Shown here piece by piece: positions 48,666-59,769 of a DNA stretch of 64,000 nucleotides. Location: NCBI GenBank assembly GCA_043814095.1, contig JBDRKI010000023.1:10392-74391 (forward strand), read 5' to 3'. Origin of the DNA: Armatimonadota bacterium. Lineage in GTDB: Bacteria > Vulcanimicrobiota > JACPDS01 > JBDRKI01. The translations under genes were made by a program, and so were the position numbers. The notes below the pieces were generated by a model that was given only the letters and a program-made list of their open reading frames with translations, ran no database searches and was not told the DNA's origin. Within the stretch, counting starts at the first letter, position 1. Every line of letters begins with the position of its first letter.

Positions 48666-49898
48666 TTACTGCACCGTCCTGAAAATGATTCTGATAGGAT
48701 AATAAGAGGCGCCTTCCGGCAGTGTCTTTATATTCACCGTGCGCGCCTCCCACGGTCCTAGCTTATAAGACCAGATTTTATGCTCTATGTAAGCCCTTGT
48801 GCAGGGAACTTCCAGAAGACGTCCGTCCAGAATAAAGGTCCCGCTGGCAACTCCGCCCCTTGGCTGGAATATTATCTCAACTTTACACGGCTTGCCGGTA
48901 GTTTCTTTAATATCTAAATCAATGTTATATATTGTCCCGTAATCTCCCGCCAGGTGTTTGCCCGGAAAAAGATTGCGTAGCGGTGTATCGCCGAAAAGTA
49001 TATATTCTTCTTTACTGCCCGTATCAAATCTAACGTCATAAGTAAGATCCGATATCATATAAACACCGCGCGCGTGAGTATCAACTTCGGAACTTACCGG
49101 CGGATACTTGGGTTCTTCATCGCGGGTCCGAGTTGAAAAAAGATAAAACCATACAGGCGGACCGTCCAGAAGATACATCTCAAGTATGCCCGAAAAAAGC
49201 TCTTTATGGGGCATCTCATAATTAAATAATATAAGTTCTTCGCCAGGTTTAATATTATAAATCACACCGCGCCTGTTATTCTTACTCTCAAGAAAACCGA
49301 TATTATTCGTATGACCGACCTTCATATAATTTTTACTGGGCCCTTTCATATCCCCTGATATGTACAATCTGGCCGTTTTGTCTTTATCGGGGTTATAAAA
49401 CCTGAGGGACATATAAGGATTTTCGTTTTCTAGGTCGGAAAGATGGTAATACTGGAACCTTACTTTTTTCCTGTAAATGCAGGAGGCGTTAAAAAGCACG
49501 CCGTAAGACGCAACCTTCTCCGGGTGGTTGCTGAACATTAAAAACGAGGGCTCTACATCAGGCAGATCATAATTTTTTATTTTCAGCTTCATCTTTTTAG
49601 ATGTTTTTTTATTCTCCGCGCCAACAAAAGCAAAAGAATTTATTTTCAATACCTCCGGAATATTTTTAAGCTCAATATCTTCAACCGCATCCGCCTGGCC
49701 GGTCTGAACCAGGTAATCCTTAACAATGTTTTCTAAAAGACTTGCTTGTGTATTTTCTCCCGCAAGCTCAATAACAATATAATCAACAGGGGGCTTCTCA
49801 TCGGAAAAAGAAGGAACAGCTAAAATAAGCACGGCAATAAAGCAAAACAAAATTGATATTCTTAGCTTTTTATTCCACACCACTGCCTCTTTATACAA
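48666..49898 (-). CDS. Exported hypothetical protein
   Basis: Signal-peptide-like N-terminus; LMFSNHPE, HARG, GDYG, PRGG patterns; start uncertain. Confidence 0.65.
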   Translation of the reverse strand: MYKEAVVWNKKLRISILFCFIAVLILAVPSFSDEKPPVDYIVIELAGENTQASLLENIVKDYLVQTGQADAVEDIELKNIPEVLKINSFAFVGAENKKTSKKMKLKIKNYDLPDVEPSFLMFSNHPEKVASYGVLFNASCIYRKKVRFQYYHLSDLENENPYMSLRFYNPDKDKTARLYISGDMKGPSKNYMKVGHTNNIGFLESKNNRRGVIYNIKPGEELILFNYEMPHKELFSGILEMYLLDGPPVWFYLFSTRTRDEEPKYPPVSSEVDTHARGVYMISDLTYDVRFDTGSKEEYILFGDTPLRNLFPGKHLAGDYGTIYNIDLDIKETTGKPCKVEIIFQPRGGVASGTFILDGRLLEVPCTRAYIEHKIWSYKLGPWEARTVNIKTLPEGASYYPIRIIFRTVQ

Positions 49899-52341
49899 CT
49901 ATATTTACCAGTTTTCTGCCTACAACTATAACTTTTCCCGGGTCATTCCCGTTAAGCACCGCTTTCACCTTATCTGAAGAAAGAGCTGTTTTTTTAAGGG
50001 ATTCTTCATCTATGTTTGACGGTACAAATATTTTATCTTTAACCTTGCCATTTATCTGAACAACTACCAGAACTTCATCATGAACCAAAAATTTATCATT
50101 ATACACGGGCCACGGAGAATTAAATATACCGCCTTTATACCCCAGCGTCTCCCAGAGTTCTTCGGCAACATGCGGGGCGTAAACAGAGAGAAGCTTTAAT
50201 AATTCTTTCGCTGATTTAAAACAAACTTCGTCTTTGTTTTTATACTCCTCCAGCGCGTTTAAAAACTCCATAAGAGATGAAACGCCGGTATTATATGACA
50301 TTCTCTCTATGTCTTCGGTTATTTTTTTAACAAACTGGTTCTGTTTTATATAAAGTTTCTTGCCTTCCGGTGTTAATTTATCAATGTCAATTTTATCAAC
50401 ATTTTTATATGAATTTTTAATTTCGCCGTAAAAATTGAGAACCCTGTTCATAAACCGCTTAAGCCCCATTATGCTCTGCGGGTTCCAGAGGACCTCTTTA
50501 TCCGGCGGAGCAAGGAAGAACATCGTAAGCCGGGCGACATCCACGCCGTGTTCGTTCATCACGTCTATAGGGGAAACCACATTGCCTTTTGATTTACTCA
50601 TAATCTGGCCTCCGGCATCCATTACCATGCCGTGATTAAAAAGCTTCTCTACCGGTTCTTTTGAGGGAAGAAGGCCCGCGTCATACAGGACCTTATGAAT
50701 AAACCTGAAATAAAGAAGATGCCCGCACGCGTGCTCTATGCCGCCTATATACATATCAACTGGCAGCCACCGGGAAGCATATTCTTTTTTAAAGGCCTCG
50801 TCCGGATTTTTTGCGTCAACATACCTTATATAATACCAGGAAGAGCAGACAAACGTATCCATTGTATCGGCATCACGCTTAGCCGGGGATTTACATTTGG
50901 GGCATTTCGTATTTATAAATTCAGGAACGTCTTCTAAAGGAGAGCGCCCTTTGGGTATAAAGTCAATCTTTCCTTCCGGCAGTTTCACGGGAAGCTCTTC
51001 TGCCGGAACGGGAATAACCCCGCACTTAGGACAGTGTATAACCGGGATAGGGGCTCCCCAGTACCTCTGGCGTGAAATAAGCCAGTCCCTGAGCTTATAA
51101 TTAACCTTTCTCCTGCCTAACTTTTTAGATTCTATATAATCGGATATCTTCTCTATCCCTTCATCTGAAGGCAGCCCCGTAAACTGATCTGAATTTACCA
51201 TTATGCCGGATTCTATATACGCGTCTTCCATTTTATCCGGAAGAAGAGCTTCGCCTTCGGGATTTATAACAACTTTAACCGGTATGTTGTATTTTTTGGC
51301 GAACAGAAAATCCCTGAAATCGTGTGCCGGGACACCCATAACAATACCGGTGCCGTATGAATGCAGAACATAATCCGCGACCCACAGCTGAACACGTTCG
51401 CCGTTAAGGGGATTTACGGCATACCTGCCGGTAAATACCCCGTCTTTCTCGCCGGACGCTGATCTTTCTATATCTTTTTTCATTACGGCTTTCTGCGCAT
51501 AATCCGAAACCGCGCATTCTTCAGCTTTACCCTCAACCAGCATCTTAACAAGCGGGTTCTCGGGAGCTATGGCCATAAAGGTCACTCCGAAAAGAGTATC
51601 AGGCCTTGTAGTGAAAACCGTTATTTTCTCATTACTTGCTTCTATGTTAAAATCTATTTCCAGCCCGTGGCTCTCCCCGATCCAGTTTCTCTGCATTGCC
51701 TTTACATTCTCCGGCCACCCGTCAAGCTCATCAATATCATAAAGCAGCCGATTAGCGTAATCGGTTATTTTGAAAAACCACTGCTTCATCTCTTTCTTTG
51801 TAACGGGGGTAGAACATCTCCAACATATACCTTCTTCCGCCTGTTCGTTTGCAAGAACGGTTTTACAGCCCCCGCACCAGTTAACCAGTGATGTGTCCTG
51901 GTATGCAAGACCGGCCTGAAACAGTTTGAGAAAAACCCACTGGGTCCATTTATAATAATCAGGAAGGCATGTCGCGACCTCCCTGTCCCAGTCATAACTT
52001 ACACCCATTTTTTTCAGCGTGGCTCTGGAAGTTTTTATATTATTAAGAGTCCAGTCTTTGGGATGAATGCCCCTTTTAATAGCCGCTTCCTCCGCAGGAA
52101 GCCCGAAAGCGTCCCATCCGAAAGGATGCAGTATATCATACCCCTTCATCTTTTTATATCTGAAAAGAAGATCGCCTATTATATAATTGCGGAAATGGCC
52201 CATATGAATATCGCCGGAAGGATACGCGAACATCTCCAGAAGATAATACTTTTTATCTTTCTCCGGGAGGTCTGCGGCCTTAAAAAGCCCTTCGGACTCC
52301 CATTTTTTCTGCCATTTCTCTTCTACAGATTTAAAATCCAT
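49891..52341 (-). CDS. leuS: Leucine--tRNA ligase
   Basis: MFAYPSGDIHMGH, GWDAFGLPAE, FTTRPDT, WLISRQRYWG, IMSKSKGN; start ATG 52341. Confidence 0.97.
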   Translation of the reverse strand: MDFKSVEEKWQKKWESEGLFKAADLPEKDKKYYLLEMFAYPSGDIHMGHFRNYIIGDLLFRYKKMKGYDILHPFGWDAFGLPAEEAAIKRGIHPKDWTLNNIKTSRATLKKMGVSYDWDREVATCLPDYYKWTQWVFLKLFQAGLAYQDTSLVNWCGGCKTVLANEQAEEGICWRCSTPVTKKEMKQWFFKITDYANRLLYDIDELDGWPENVKAMQRNWIGESHGLEIDFNIEASNEKITVFTTRPDTLFGVTFMAIAPENPLVKMLVEGKAEECAVSDYAQKAVMKKDIERSASGEKDGVFTGRYAVNPLNGERVQLWVADYVLHSYGTGIVMGVPAHDFRDFLFAKKYNIPVKVVINPEGEALLPDKMEDAYIESGIMVNSDQFTGLPSDEGIEKISDYIESKKLGRRKVNYKLRDWLISRQRYWGAPIPVIHCPKCGVIPVPAEELPVKLPEGKIDFIPKGRSPLEDVPEFINTKCPKCKSPAKRDADTMDTFVCSSWYYIRYVDAKNPDEAFKKEYASRWLPVDMYIGGIEHACGHLLYFRFIHKVLYDAGLLPSKEPVEKLFNHGMVMDAGGQIMSKSKGNVVSPIDVMNEHGVDVARLTMFFLAPPDKEVLWNPQSIMGLKRFMNRVLNFYGEIKNSYKNVDKIDIDKLTPEGKKLYIKQNQFVKKITEDIERMSYNTGVSSLMEFLNALEEYKNKDEVCFKSAKELLKLLSVYAPHVAEELWETLGYKGGIFNSPWPVYNDKFLVHDEVLVVVQINGKVKDKIFVPSNIDEESLKKTALSSDKVKAVLNGNDPGKVIVVGRKLVNIVV

Positions 52342-52386
52342 AACAAACTCCTTGAAAAACCATAACAATAAACGGAATATATTTAA

Positions 52387-53979
52387 TCACTTCTTGCTTT
52401 TGCCGGGAGAAGTTAATTTTATATCTATATCAAGATCAACTTCAAAAATCCTCGGCCACGGCAGTTTTGCATTTTTCAAAGTAATTTTAGCCATTTCGGG
52501 ATGTTTTTTAAAGGTTTCGCCAAACAGCTGCTGGGAAACTTTTTTCATGCTTTTCGCCACCATCTGCTGGGCCAGGGCGTGCTTGTTTTTTAAATCATGT
52601 ATGTCTATTTTTTTGGCCTGAAGTTTTTTTGAAATATGCGGCCTCACTATGGACTGATAAAGCCAGTCGTCAAGAAACCTGTTCATTAAAAACTTGTAAT
52701 GGGCTTTGCTTTTTCTTGATTCGGGATAAAGGAAATAAAGAACCGACTGTACGAGAGCCGTACCCATGGCGTTGCCCGCCGTATTCCATGCCGAATAAGC
52801 CGCCAGCGACATCACATCTACATTTTTTCTCAGGACTTCGGCCAGCCCTATATCCGCGCCGTTTGCATAGGCCACATCCGCTACCGCTACCAGTTTATTC
52901 TGCTCAAAATACTGGTTCAGTTTCAATAAAAATTCTTTATATATAAAGAGTCTGTTTTTGGCAAAGTTTTTGCCGTCCTGCTCCCCTGCCTCATACTGCT
53001 GGTTAACGGGGGCGTTAATCATTAAAATAATATCCGCCTGATCGGGAATCGCAACCTGCAGGGCTCCGATTGCCGAAATCTGATCCGCAATGATTTCTTT
53101 AATTGACGCGTCTTCGTAAATGGGAATAATCCTGGATCCGTATGAAGGAAAGAAATCTATGTATATCTTAGGCCTTACATCCTTCATTTTTATTAAGAAC
53201 CTGGCCAGGACCAGCTGTATCGACTCATCGGTGCCGGGATACATGCTTACCCTGTCCTTTAAATTCAAAGCCTTCATTTTTTTCCTTAAAATATCTCTTT
53301 CTATGGAATTCAGGCTCATGGTCTTAGTATCATCAAGGCATAAAATCATATATTCAAACAGTCCTTCTTTCGACCAGTCAAACATAAGAAGGTTTATCTT
53401 GTGATTTCTCAGCCTTATTTTTAAATATTCCTTAACCTTATTCCAGGGAATTCCGTATTTCTTGGCTTCATCTTCCAGCTTATATATATCCCACCAGTTT
53501 TCTTTGAAGATTACTTTTTTAAATTTTATTTTGTTGTATACCACAGTTAAAAATTCTTCCAGTTTCTGATTAAACTGCGCTTCCTTTTTATTTTTTGTCG
53601 TAGGCATTAACCGCGTCAAAATATTAAAAATATACACATTATCGCCTTTTTTCTGCTTGGCCGCTTTCCTCAGGAAGTTTAATCTTTTCATTACTTTAGT
53701 AAAACTTTTCGTGGAAATCCTGGAGCTTACCAGGTTTCCGAAAAGCAGGGCATCCACGGAAACCACCACCGCTTCGCATTTTTTACTTTGTTTTCTAAGC
53801 CAGGATTCCAGCCTGTCGGGATTGCCTGTCTTTAAAAATTTGCCGAGCAAAGTTTTCGGAGGAAGTTCCAGCTTGTAATCGGTATAATCTCCCAGCATTT
53901 TAATGAAATCATAACTGCAAGGCCTGTTGTCTATAGGCAGAACAGCTATTTTTTTTGCTTTTTCTTTTTTCTTTTTCAT
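52387..53979 (-). CDS. DUF4127 family protein
   Basis: LPIDNRPC, YPGTDE, ADVAYANGAD, AWNTAGNAMG, LPWPRIFEV. Confidence 0.8.
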   Translation of the reverse strand: MKKKKEKAKKIAVLPIDNRPCSYDFIKMLGDYTDYKLELPPKTLLGKFLKTGNPDRLESWLRKQSKKCEAVVVSVDALLFGNLVSSRISTKSFTKVMKRLNFLRKAAKQKKGDNVYIFNILTRLMPTTKNKKEAQFNQKLEEFLTVVYNKIKFKKVIFKENWWDIYKLEDEAKKYGIPWNKVKEYLKIRLRNHKINLLMFDWSKEGLFEYMILCLDDTKTMSLNSIERDILRKKMKALNLKDRVSMYPGTDESIQLVLARFLIKMKDVRPKIYIDFFPSYGSRIIPIYEDASIKEIIADQISAIGALQVAIPDQADIILMINAPVNQQYEAGEQDGKNFAKNRLFIYKEFLLKLNQYFEQNKLVAVADVAYANGADIGLAEVLRKNVDVMSLAAYSAWNTAGNAMGTALVQSVLYFLYPESRKSKAHYKFLMNRFLDDWLYQSIVRPHISKKLQAKKIDIHDLKNKHALAQQMVAKSMKKVSQQLFGETFKKHPEMAKITLKNAKLPWPRIFEVDLDIDIKLTSPGKSKK

Positions 53980-54016
53980 CTCACACCCCGCTTGTGAAGT
54001 TTTATATTGAATTAAT

Positions 54017-55474
54017 TTATACTTCCTGTTTTACAGAACGGTTTAACCTCAAAATAACTCTTTTTACTCCCAGAACCTTAAATACTTTAACCAGCTCCGG
54101 ACCATGCGGCGTTCCTATAAGCGCGGCCCTTACCGGCATATAAAGATTTTTGCCTTTAACACCGCAAAGCAGAGAGACTTTATTCATCAGATCCTTGTAA
54201 TTGGTCTCATCTACCTTATCATATTCCGAAAGAGCCTCAATCAAAGCCTTAAAAACTTTCCTGCCGGATTCGTCTTTTATAATTTCAAGAGATTCCGCGT
54301 CATACAGGACTTCCTCATCCCAGAAATTTTTAAAATTAGACGCGGCTTCTCCGAGATAATGAACATAATTTCTGATAACTTCCATAATATTCTTTATGCG
54401 TTCATGCTCTGATACCGCCTCTTCTTTGGTTATAATACCGGCCTCTGTAAGATACGGGACGGCTAATCCCGTAATTTCTTCCAAACTAAGATTTTTAATA
54501 TACTCAAAATTCATCCATGTAAGTTTCCCGGTATCATATATCGCCGGATTTTTCGCAACTCTTTCCAAAGAAAATTCGTCTATGAGCTCGGAAAGAGTGA
54601 AAAACTCCCTGTCATCTCTGGGCGACCATCCCAGCAGTGCCAGATAGTTAACAAGAGCTTCGGCAAGATACCCCTTTTCCCTGAATTCCCCGACAGATGT
54701 CGTGCCGTGGCGCTTGCTGAGTTTTGTGTGATCGGGAGCCAGTATCATGGGTATATGCGCGAATTGAGGTATGTTAAGGCCCAGCGCTTCATAAATCATT
54801 ATCTGCCTGGGAGTATTAATCAGGTGTTCGTCTCCTCTTATGACGTGAGAAATCTGCATCAACGAATCATCCACCGCTACGGCAAAATTATAGGTAGGTG
54901 TGTCATCGGATTTCATTATTATAAAATCATTCGGCTTTTCTTCCTTAAATTCAACCTGCCCTTTTATAAGGTCATCTACAATATAAGTTTTATGGGGAGT
55001 GCGGAACCGTACCGCGGGGAGCCTTCCTTCCGTTTTAAACTTTTCCTGTTCCTCGCTTTTTAAAGAAGCGCACCTGCCGGAATAACAGGGCGTCTGTTTT
55101 AAGGATATGGCTTTTTTCCTTTCCTGATCAAGTTCTTCGGGGGTACAGTAGCAGTAATACGCTTTATCTTCCTTGAGAAGTTTATCCGCGTATTCTTTGT
55201 ACATGGAAAGTCTCTGGGTCTGCCTGTAAGGTCCGAAAGAGCCGTTTATATCGGGACCTTCGTCCCACTTCATTCCCAGCCACTGCATATCTTCCAGTAT
55301 CTTGCCTTCGGAATCAATTAAAGACCTGTCTGTATCGGAATCTTCTATCCTTAAAACAAATGTGCCGTTATTCTGTCTGGCAAACAAGTAATTAAAGATC
55401 GCCGTCCTTGCCCCGCCTATATGAAGGTATCCCGTGGGGCTTGGCGCGAACCTTACCCTTACTTTTTTATCCAT
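54017..55474 (-). CDS. gltX: Glutamate--tRNA ligase
   Basis: RFAPSPTGYLHIGG, RGDEH, KLSKRHG; start ATG 55474. Confidence 0.97.
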   Translation of the reverse strand: MDKKVRVRFAPSPTGYLHIGGARTAIFNYLFARQNNGTFVLRIEDSDTDRSLIDSEGKILEDMQWLGMKWDEGPDINGSFGPYRQTQRLSMYKEYADKLLKEDKAYYCYCTPEELDQERKKAISLKQTPCYSGRCASLKSEEQEKFKTEGRLPAVRFRTPHKTYIVDDLIKGQVEFKEEKPNDFIIMKSDDTPTYNFAVAVDDSLMQISHVIRGDEHLINTPRQIMIYEALGLNIPQFAHIPMILAPDHTKLSKRHGTTSVGEFREKGYLAEALVNYLALLGWSPRDDREFFTLSELIDEFSLERVAKNPAIYDTGKLTWMNFEYIKNLSLEEITGLAVPYLTEAGIITKEEAVSEHERIKNIMEVIRNYVHYLGEAASNFKNFWDEEVLYDAESLEIIKDESGRKVFKALIEALSEYDKVDETNYKDLMNKVSLLCGVKGKNLYMPVRAALIGTPHGPELVKVFKVLGVKRVILRLNRSVKQEV

Positions 55475-55488
55475 AAAATGCTCCGTCC

Positions 55489-55992
55489 TTATTTCCAAAC
55501 CTGCCACCACTTCTTCTCCGGGAGGGGAGAGGCCACTTGCCTGTTTAGGTACCACCACCAGTGAAGTTTCGGCGGGTCATTTATAATCTGATACTGCTTA
55601 AAATTATTGTATCCCACTTCCCTCACAAATAAAGCCGCGTTGATCCTTAATATATTGTCCAGGTCAACCAGTTTTTTCCAGTAATCCTTAAGATCCAGGT
55701 GCTGGCGCAGGTAAGAAAGGGAATCCTGGACATCATCCCTGTAATAAAGAAGCATCGCGGCCGTAAATCCCAGCTTCCCTATATTTAAAACATATCTTTC
55801 ATACTCCTTAAAAACAGAGTCCAGATATTCCACTTCTTCTTTTAAATGTTCGCCTAATGCTACAGGGGTATCCGGCTTCCTCTCCTTATCTGAATCAGGA
55901 AAAGACGCATCTCCCTCAGTAGATTTTTCATATTCCATCCATATTTTATCAAATTTTTCTTTATCAAAACTTTCTTCCGGCATATTAAACAC
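55489..55992 (-). CDS. Hypothetical protein
   Basis: ORF tightly packed between ispF and gltX; PPKLHWWWYL motif. Confidence 0.65.
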   Translation of the reverse strand: MFNMPEESFDKEKFDKIWMEYEKSTEGDASFPDSDKERKPDTPVALGEHLKEEVEYLDSVFKEYERYVLNIGKLGFTAAMLLYYRDDVQDSLSYLRQHLDLKDYWKKLVDLDNILRINAALFVREVGYNNFKQYQIINDPPKLHWWWYLNRQVASPLPEKKWWQVWK

Positions 55993-56001
55993 CTTTAAAA
56001 C

Positions 56002-56496
56002 TTAATAACCCAGCCTGTTATCGGTCTCCCTTAAAAGCACAACGGCCTGAGCCATTATGCCCTCGCTTCTGCCTATAGAGCCGAGTTTCTCGCTGGTTGT
56101 AGCCTTTAAATTTATTTTATGAGGTTTGGTTTTAAGCATGGAAGACAGGTTTTCTTTCATCTGCGGAAAATAAGGCGCGACCTTGGGCATCTGCGCCACA
56201 ATCACGGTATCTAAATTGCTGATTTTATATCCCTTGTTTCTCATCATCTTCTCAACAAGGATAAGAAGCTTCAAGCTTGATATATCTTCATACATGGGAT
56301 CCGTATCGGGAAAATGCTGTCCTATATCACCCAGCGAAAGCGCGCCCAGTATGGCGTCCATAATAGCGTGCACAAGTACATCGGCATCTGAATAGCCCGC
56401 GAGCCCTTTATCTGCCGGGATCTCTACCCCCCCAAGAATAAGCTTTCTGTCTTTGGCAAAAGGATGTATATCTATGCCTATGCCTATTTTGTACAT
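56002..56496 (-). CDS. ispF: 2-C-methyl-D-erythritol 2,4-cyclodiphosphate synthase
   Basis: GIDIH, SDADV, GDIGQHFPD, KATTSEKLG. Confidence 0.96.
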   Translation of the reverse strand: MYKIGIGIDIHPFAKDRKLILGGVEIPADKGLAGYSDADVLVHAIMDAILGALSLGDIGQHFPDTDPMYEDISSLKLLILVEKMMRNKGYKISNLDTVIVAQMPKVAPYFPQMKENLSSMLKTKPHKINLKATTSEKLGSIGRSEGIMAQAVVLLRETDNRLGY

Positions 56497-57188
56497 AATA
56501 CACCTCTGTTTCTTAATATTGCTTCCGCTATTATCAAGTCTTCCGGGGTAGTTATTTTTATATTCTCATAGGAACCTTCAACTATTTTCACTTTTACGCC
56601 CAGAACTTCAGCTGTCCGGGCGTCATCCGTAATTCCTTTCCCTGCCCGCGGCGCTTTCCCGTATGCCTCCAGTATTAAACTTGTTTTAAACGCCTGCGGG
56701 GTCTGCGCGAGATATATTTTATCTCTATCAATAGTTTTGTTTATAAAAAGCTTGCCGTTTACTTCCTTTATGGTGTCTTTGGGCGCAACCCCAGCCATCA
56801 CGGCCTTATATTTCTTTAAAGCCAATATCGTTCTGTTTAATACTTCTTGAGATATCAGAGGGCGCGCGCCGTCATGTATTAAAACATAACCGGCACCGGA
56901 TGCTTCCTTAAGCGCGTTATATACCGATTTAAATCTTGTAGCGCCTCCCTGTATTATTTTTGTTACCTTGCTGAATTTATTTTTTTTAACAATTTCTTTA
57001 TATTTTTTAATGCTGTCTTTTGAAGATGTAATTATTATCTCATCAATATATTTATTTTTCTGAAAGCAGGCTATTGTATAAGCTAGCAAGGGAACCCCTT
57101 TAACCTTAATCAAGAGCTTGTTTACAGAACTTTTCATCCTGCGGCTCTGTCCCGCCGCGGTTATAATTGCCGTAATTTTGTTTTTCAC
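56484..57188 (-). CDS. ispD: 2-C-methyl-D-erythritol 4-phosphate cytidylyltransferase
   Basis: AAGQSRRM, IHDGARP, QTPQAF, NIKITTPEDL. Confidence 0.96.
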   Translation of the reverse strand: MKNKITAIITAAGQSRRMKSSVNKLLIKVKGVPLLAYTIACFQKNKYIDEIIITSSKDSIKKYKEIVKKNKFSKVTKIIQGGATRFKSVYNALKEASGAGYVLIHDGARPLISQEVLNRTILALKKYKAVMAGVAPKDTIKEVNGKLFINKTIDRDKIYLAQTPQAFKTSLILEAYGKAPRAGKGITDDARTAEVLGVKVKIVEGSYENIKITTPEDLIIAEAILRNRGVLCTK

Positions 57189-57202
57189 TTAACTTTTTCC
57201 CC

Positions 57203-58267
57203 TTAATTAACTCTGGGCTCCGCGAAAACCATCTTTCCCGCTGTTGTCTGTATAATGGAAGTCACTTCCGTTCTTACGATCTGTCCTATATACCGCTTCC
57301 CCCCCTCAACAACAATCATTGTACCGTCATCAAGATATGCGACTCCCTGATCGGGCTCCTTGCCTTCTTTTATAATCTTCACTTCTATAAACTCGCCCGG
57401 TATTATAATTGGCTTTACCGCATTTGCCAGCTCGTTTATGTTTAAAACCTTAAGCCCCTGTATCTGGGCGACTTTCACCAGGTTATAGTCAAGACTTACA
57501 AGGGTTGCTTTTAAATCCTGAGTAATCGCTACCAGTTTCTCGTCCACGGCAGCCTGCGGGTATTCTTTTTTTGTAATATCAAAACCGATCTCTTTTTTAA
57601 TCTTATTCAATAAATCCAGCGCACGGCGACCTTTTGCTCTTTTTAAAGAATCATCTGAATCCGATAAAGTTTGAATTTCTTTTAAAATAAATTCAGGTAT
57701 TAACAGGTTCCCTTCCAGAAATCCGGCCTTGCATACATCCAGAACCCTGCCGTCAATTACCGTGGAAGTATCCAGAATCTTATAATTCGTGCCGCCCAAA
57801 AAGGAAGTCTGCTTGGCGCCGAAAAGCTGGCTGAATCCCTGTATAAAACTGAACTTGGTCGTTAAAAGAATGCCTATATAGCACCAGAAAATAGTTAAAA
57901 CTATTATCAGGAAGGAATTAAAATAAGGGCCCACTACGGGTATCTCTTCTAAAGGCAGGGCTCTTAAAATAAAGTTCATTAATACGGCTATGACAAGGCC
58001 GAATATCATTCCTATAGAGCCGAGCACCAGTTCCTGCAATGATAATTTATTTAAGAACTTTACCGCATAATCTATAAACATTAAAAATAACTTTACGAAG
58101 GTGGGGGTAAGAATAAACCCGAGCAGTATCCCAAGCCCTATAAATGATCTTATGTTCTCGCTGATTATGGGATGCAGGTGGGCTGCGGAATGCGCCAGCT
58201 TCCACCCTATAAACCCTCCGAAAAGCGCGAGCAAAACATAAAATATTATTTTTAAAAACTTTTCCAT
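57203..58267 (-). CDS. PIN/TRAM domain membrane protein (YacL-like)
   Basis: LDTSTVIDGR, KGRRALD, YLDDGTMIVVE, QTTAGKMVFA. Confidence 0.92.
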   Translation of the reverse strand: MEKFLKIIFYVLLALFGGFIGWKLAHSAAHLHPIISENIRSFIGLGILLGFILTPTFVKLFLMFIDYAVKFLNKLSLQELVLGSIGMIFGLVIAVLMNFILRALPLEEIPVVGPYFNSFLIIVLTIFWCYIGILLTTKFSFIQGFSQLFGAKQTSFLGGTNYKILDTSTVIDGRVLDVCKAGFLEGNLLIPEFILKEIQTLSDSDDSLKRAKGRRALDLLNKIKKEIGFDITKKEYPQAAVDEKLVAITQDLKATLVSLDYNLVKVAQIQGLKVLNINELANAVKPIIIPGEFIEVKIIKEGKEPDQGVAYLDDGTMIVVEGGKRYIGQIVRTEVTSIIQTTAGKMVFAEPRVN

Positions 58268-58277
58268 AAAAACCCTC

Positions 58278-59648
58278 TCATCCGTTTTGCTGTATAATTT
58301 TCAAAGCTTCCTGCAGGTTTTCAACACCCATAAATTCCATGGGATATTTTGCAAGCTCCCCGGTAATATTTGCTTTGGGGAGGATGCATTTTTTAAAACC
58401 CATCTTTACCGCTTCCTTTACGCGGGATTCCGCGAAAGATGTGCTTCTTACTTCCCCGAGAAGTCCTAGCTCGCCGAAAGCAACCAAACTTTCGGGAATA
58501 ACTTTGTTTTTAACGCTTGAAAAAACCGCTATCGCCACGGCAAGATCAACAGCCGTTTCATTAACATAAACGCCGTTTACGACATTTATAAAAATATCGC
58601 TTGATGAAAGCGAAAGAGACGCTTTTTTCTCAAGCACGGCAATTATTAACGATAGTCTGTTTAAATCAACCCCCGCGGTTTTCCTAGCGGGCAGTCCGAA
58701 ATTCGTCCTGGTTGTAAGGGCCTGGAGCTCTATCAGAAAAGAACGCGTGCCTTCTATCACGGGAACAATAATGCTGCCGGGGCTGTGCTCCACCCTCTGG
58801 CTTATTAAAAATTTAGAAACTTCCGTTATCTCAGATAGCCCTGTGCCGGACATCCGGAAAACACCTACTTCATTTGTCGCGCCGAACCTGTTTTTAATAC
58901 ATCTGAGCATCCTTAAGTCCTGTATGTTTTCTCCTTCAAAATACAGCACCGCGTCAACCATATGCTCCAAAACCTTGGGGCCCGCTATAAAACCTTCTTT
59001 TGTCACATGGCCCACGAGCATAACGGTTATATTTAAAGTTTTGGCCAGCTTCATAAGCTCCAAGACGCTCTGGCGGACCTGGGAAACGCTTCCCGGAACG
59101 CTCTGGACTCTTGAATCAAACAGAGTCTGTACGGAATCTATTACAATAAGACAGGGATTAATTTCTTTTACTTTCTGCACAATGATTTCAAGATTTACTT
59201 CGCTTAAAAGAAGAAGCTCTTCCGACTTTACCCCTAGCCTGTCCGCCCTTAATTTTATCTGTGACAATGATTCTTCGCCGCTTACATAAATAACTTTCCC
59301 GTATCCTCGGCTTATGAGCTCGGAAATCTGGAGTATAAGAGTTGATTTGCCAATGCCCGGCACCCCGCCTATTAAAACAAGGGAGCCCCTGACAAGACCT
59401 GCGCCTATACACCTGTCAAACTCCCCTATTTTTGTAAGCATCCTTTCCTGAGCATCAGATATAACTTCGGAAAGTTTAGACACCGAAGAAGAAGCAAAGC
59501 CGTACACATCTTCCCGGGAACGGGATATCTCCGGTTCCTCGCAGAGAGTATTCCATGCGCCGCATTCCGAACACCTGCCCTGCCACTTAACGGTAAAAGC
59601 CCCGCATTCGGTGCATACGAATTTTGTTTTTGTTTTTACTTTATCCAT
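58278..59648 (-). CDS. radA: DNA repair protein RadA/Sms
   Basis: C4 zinc finger, GVPGIGKST, KNRFG, Lon-like C-terminus. Confidence 0.97.
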   Translation of the reverse strand: MDKVKTKTKFVCTECGAFTVKWQGRCSECGAWNTLCEEPEISRSREDVYGFASSSVSKLSEVISDAQERMLTKIGEFDRCIGAGLVRGSLVLIGGVPGIGKSTLILQISELISRGYGKVIYVSGEESLSQIKLRADRLGVKSEELLLLSEVNLEIIVQKVKEINPCLIVIDSVQTLFDSRVQSVPGSVSQVRQSVLELMKLAKTLNITVMLVGHVTKEGFIAGPKVLEHMVDAVLYFEGENIQDLRMLRCIKNRFGATNEVGVFRMSGTGLSEITEVSKFLISQRVEHSPGSIIVPVIEGTRSFLIELQALTTRTNFGLPARKTAGVDLNRLSLIIAVLEKKASLSLSSSDIFINVVNGVYVNETAVDLAVAIAVFSSVKNKVIPESLVAFGELGLLGEVRSTSFAESRVKEAVKMGFKKCILPKANITGELAKYPMEFMGVENLQEALKIIQQNG

Positions 59649-59704
59649 ACAAACCTGTTTTTTATTTTTATGTTTTATTTGTCTTGTTTTTTTACCGCTC
59701 TTTG

Positions 59705-59735
59705 AAAAAGCAAAGAGAGATTAACCACCTCTCTT
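59705..59735 (-). terminator. Probable terminator after clpC
   Basis: Minus strand AAGAGAGGT-GGTTA-ATCTCTCTT followed by a T-rich tail. Confidence 0.5.
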
Positions 59736-59769
59736 CACTCGTTCAGTACTGTAACGTTATTATTTTTAT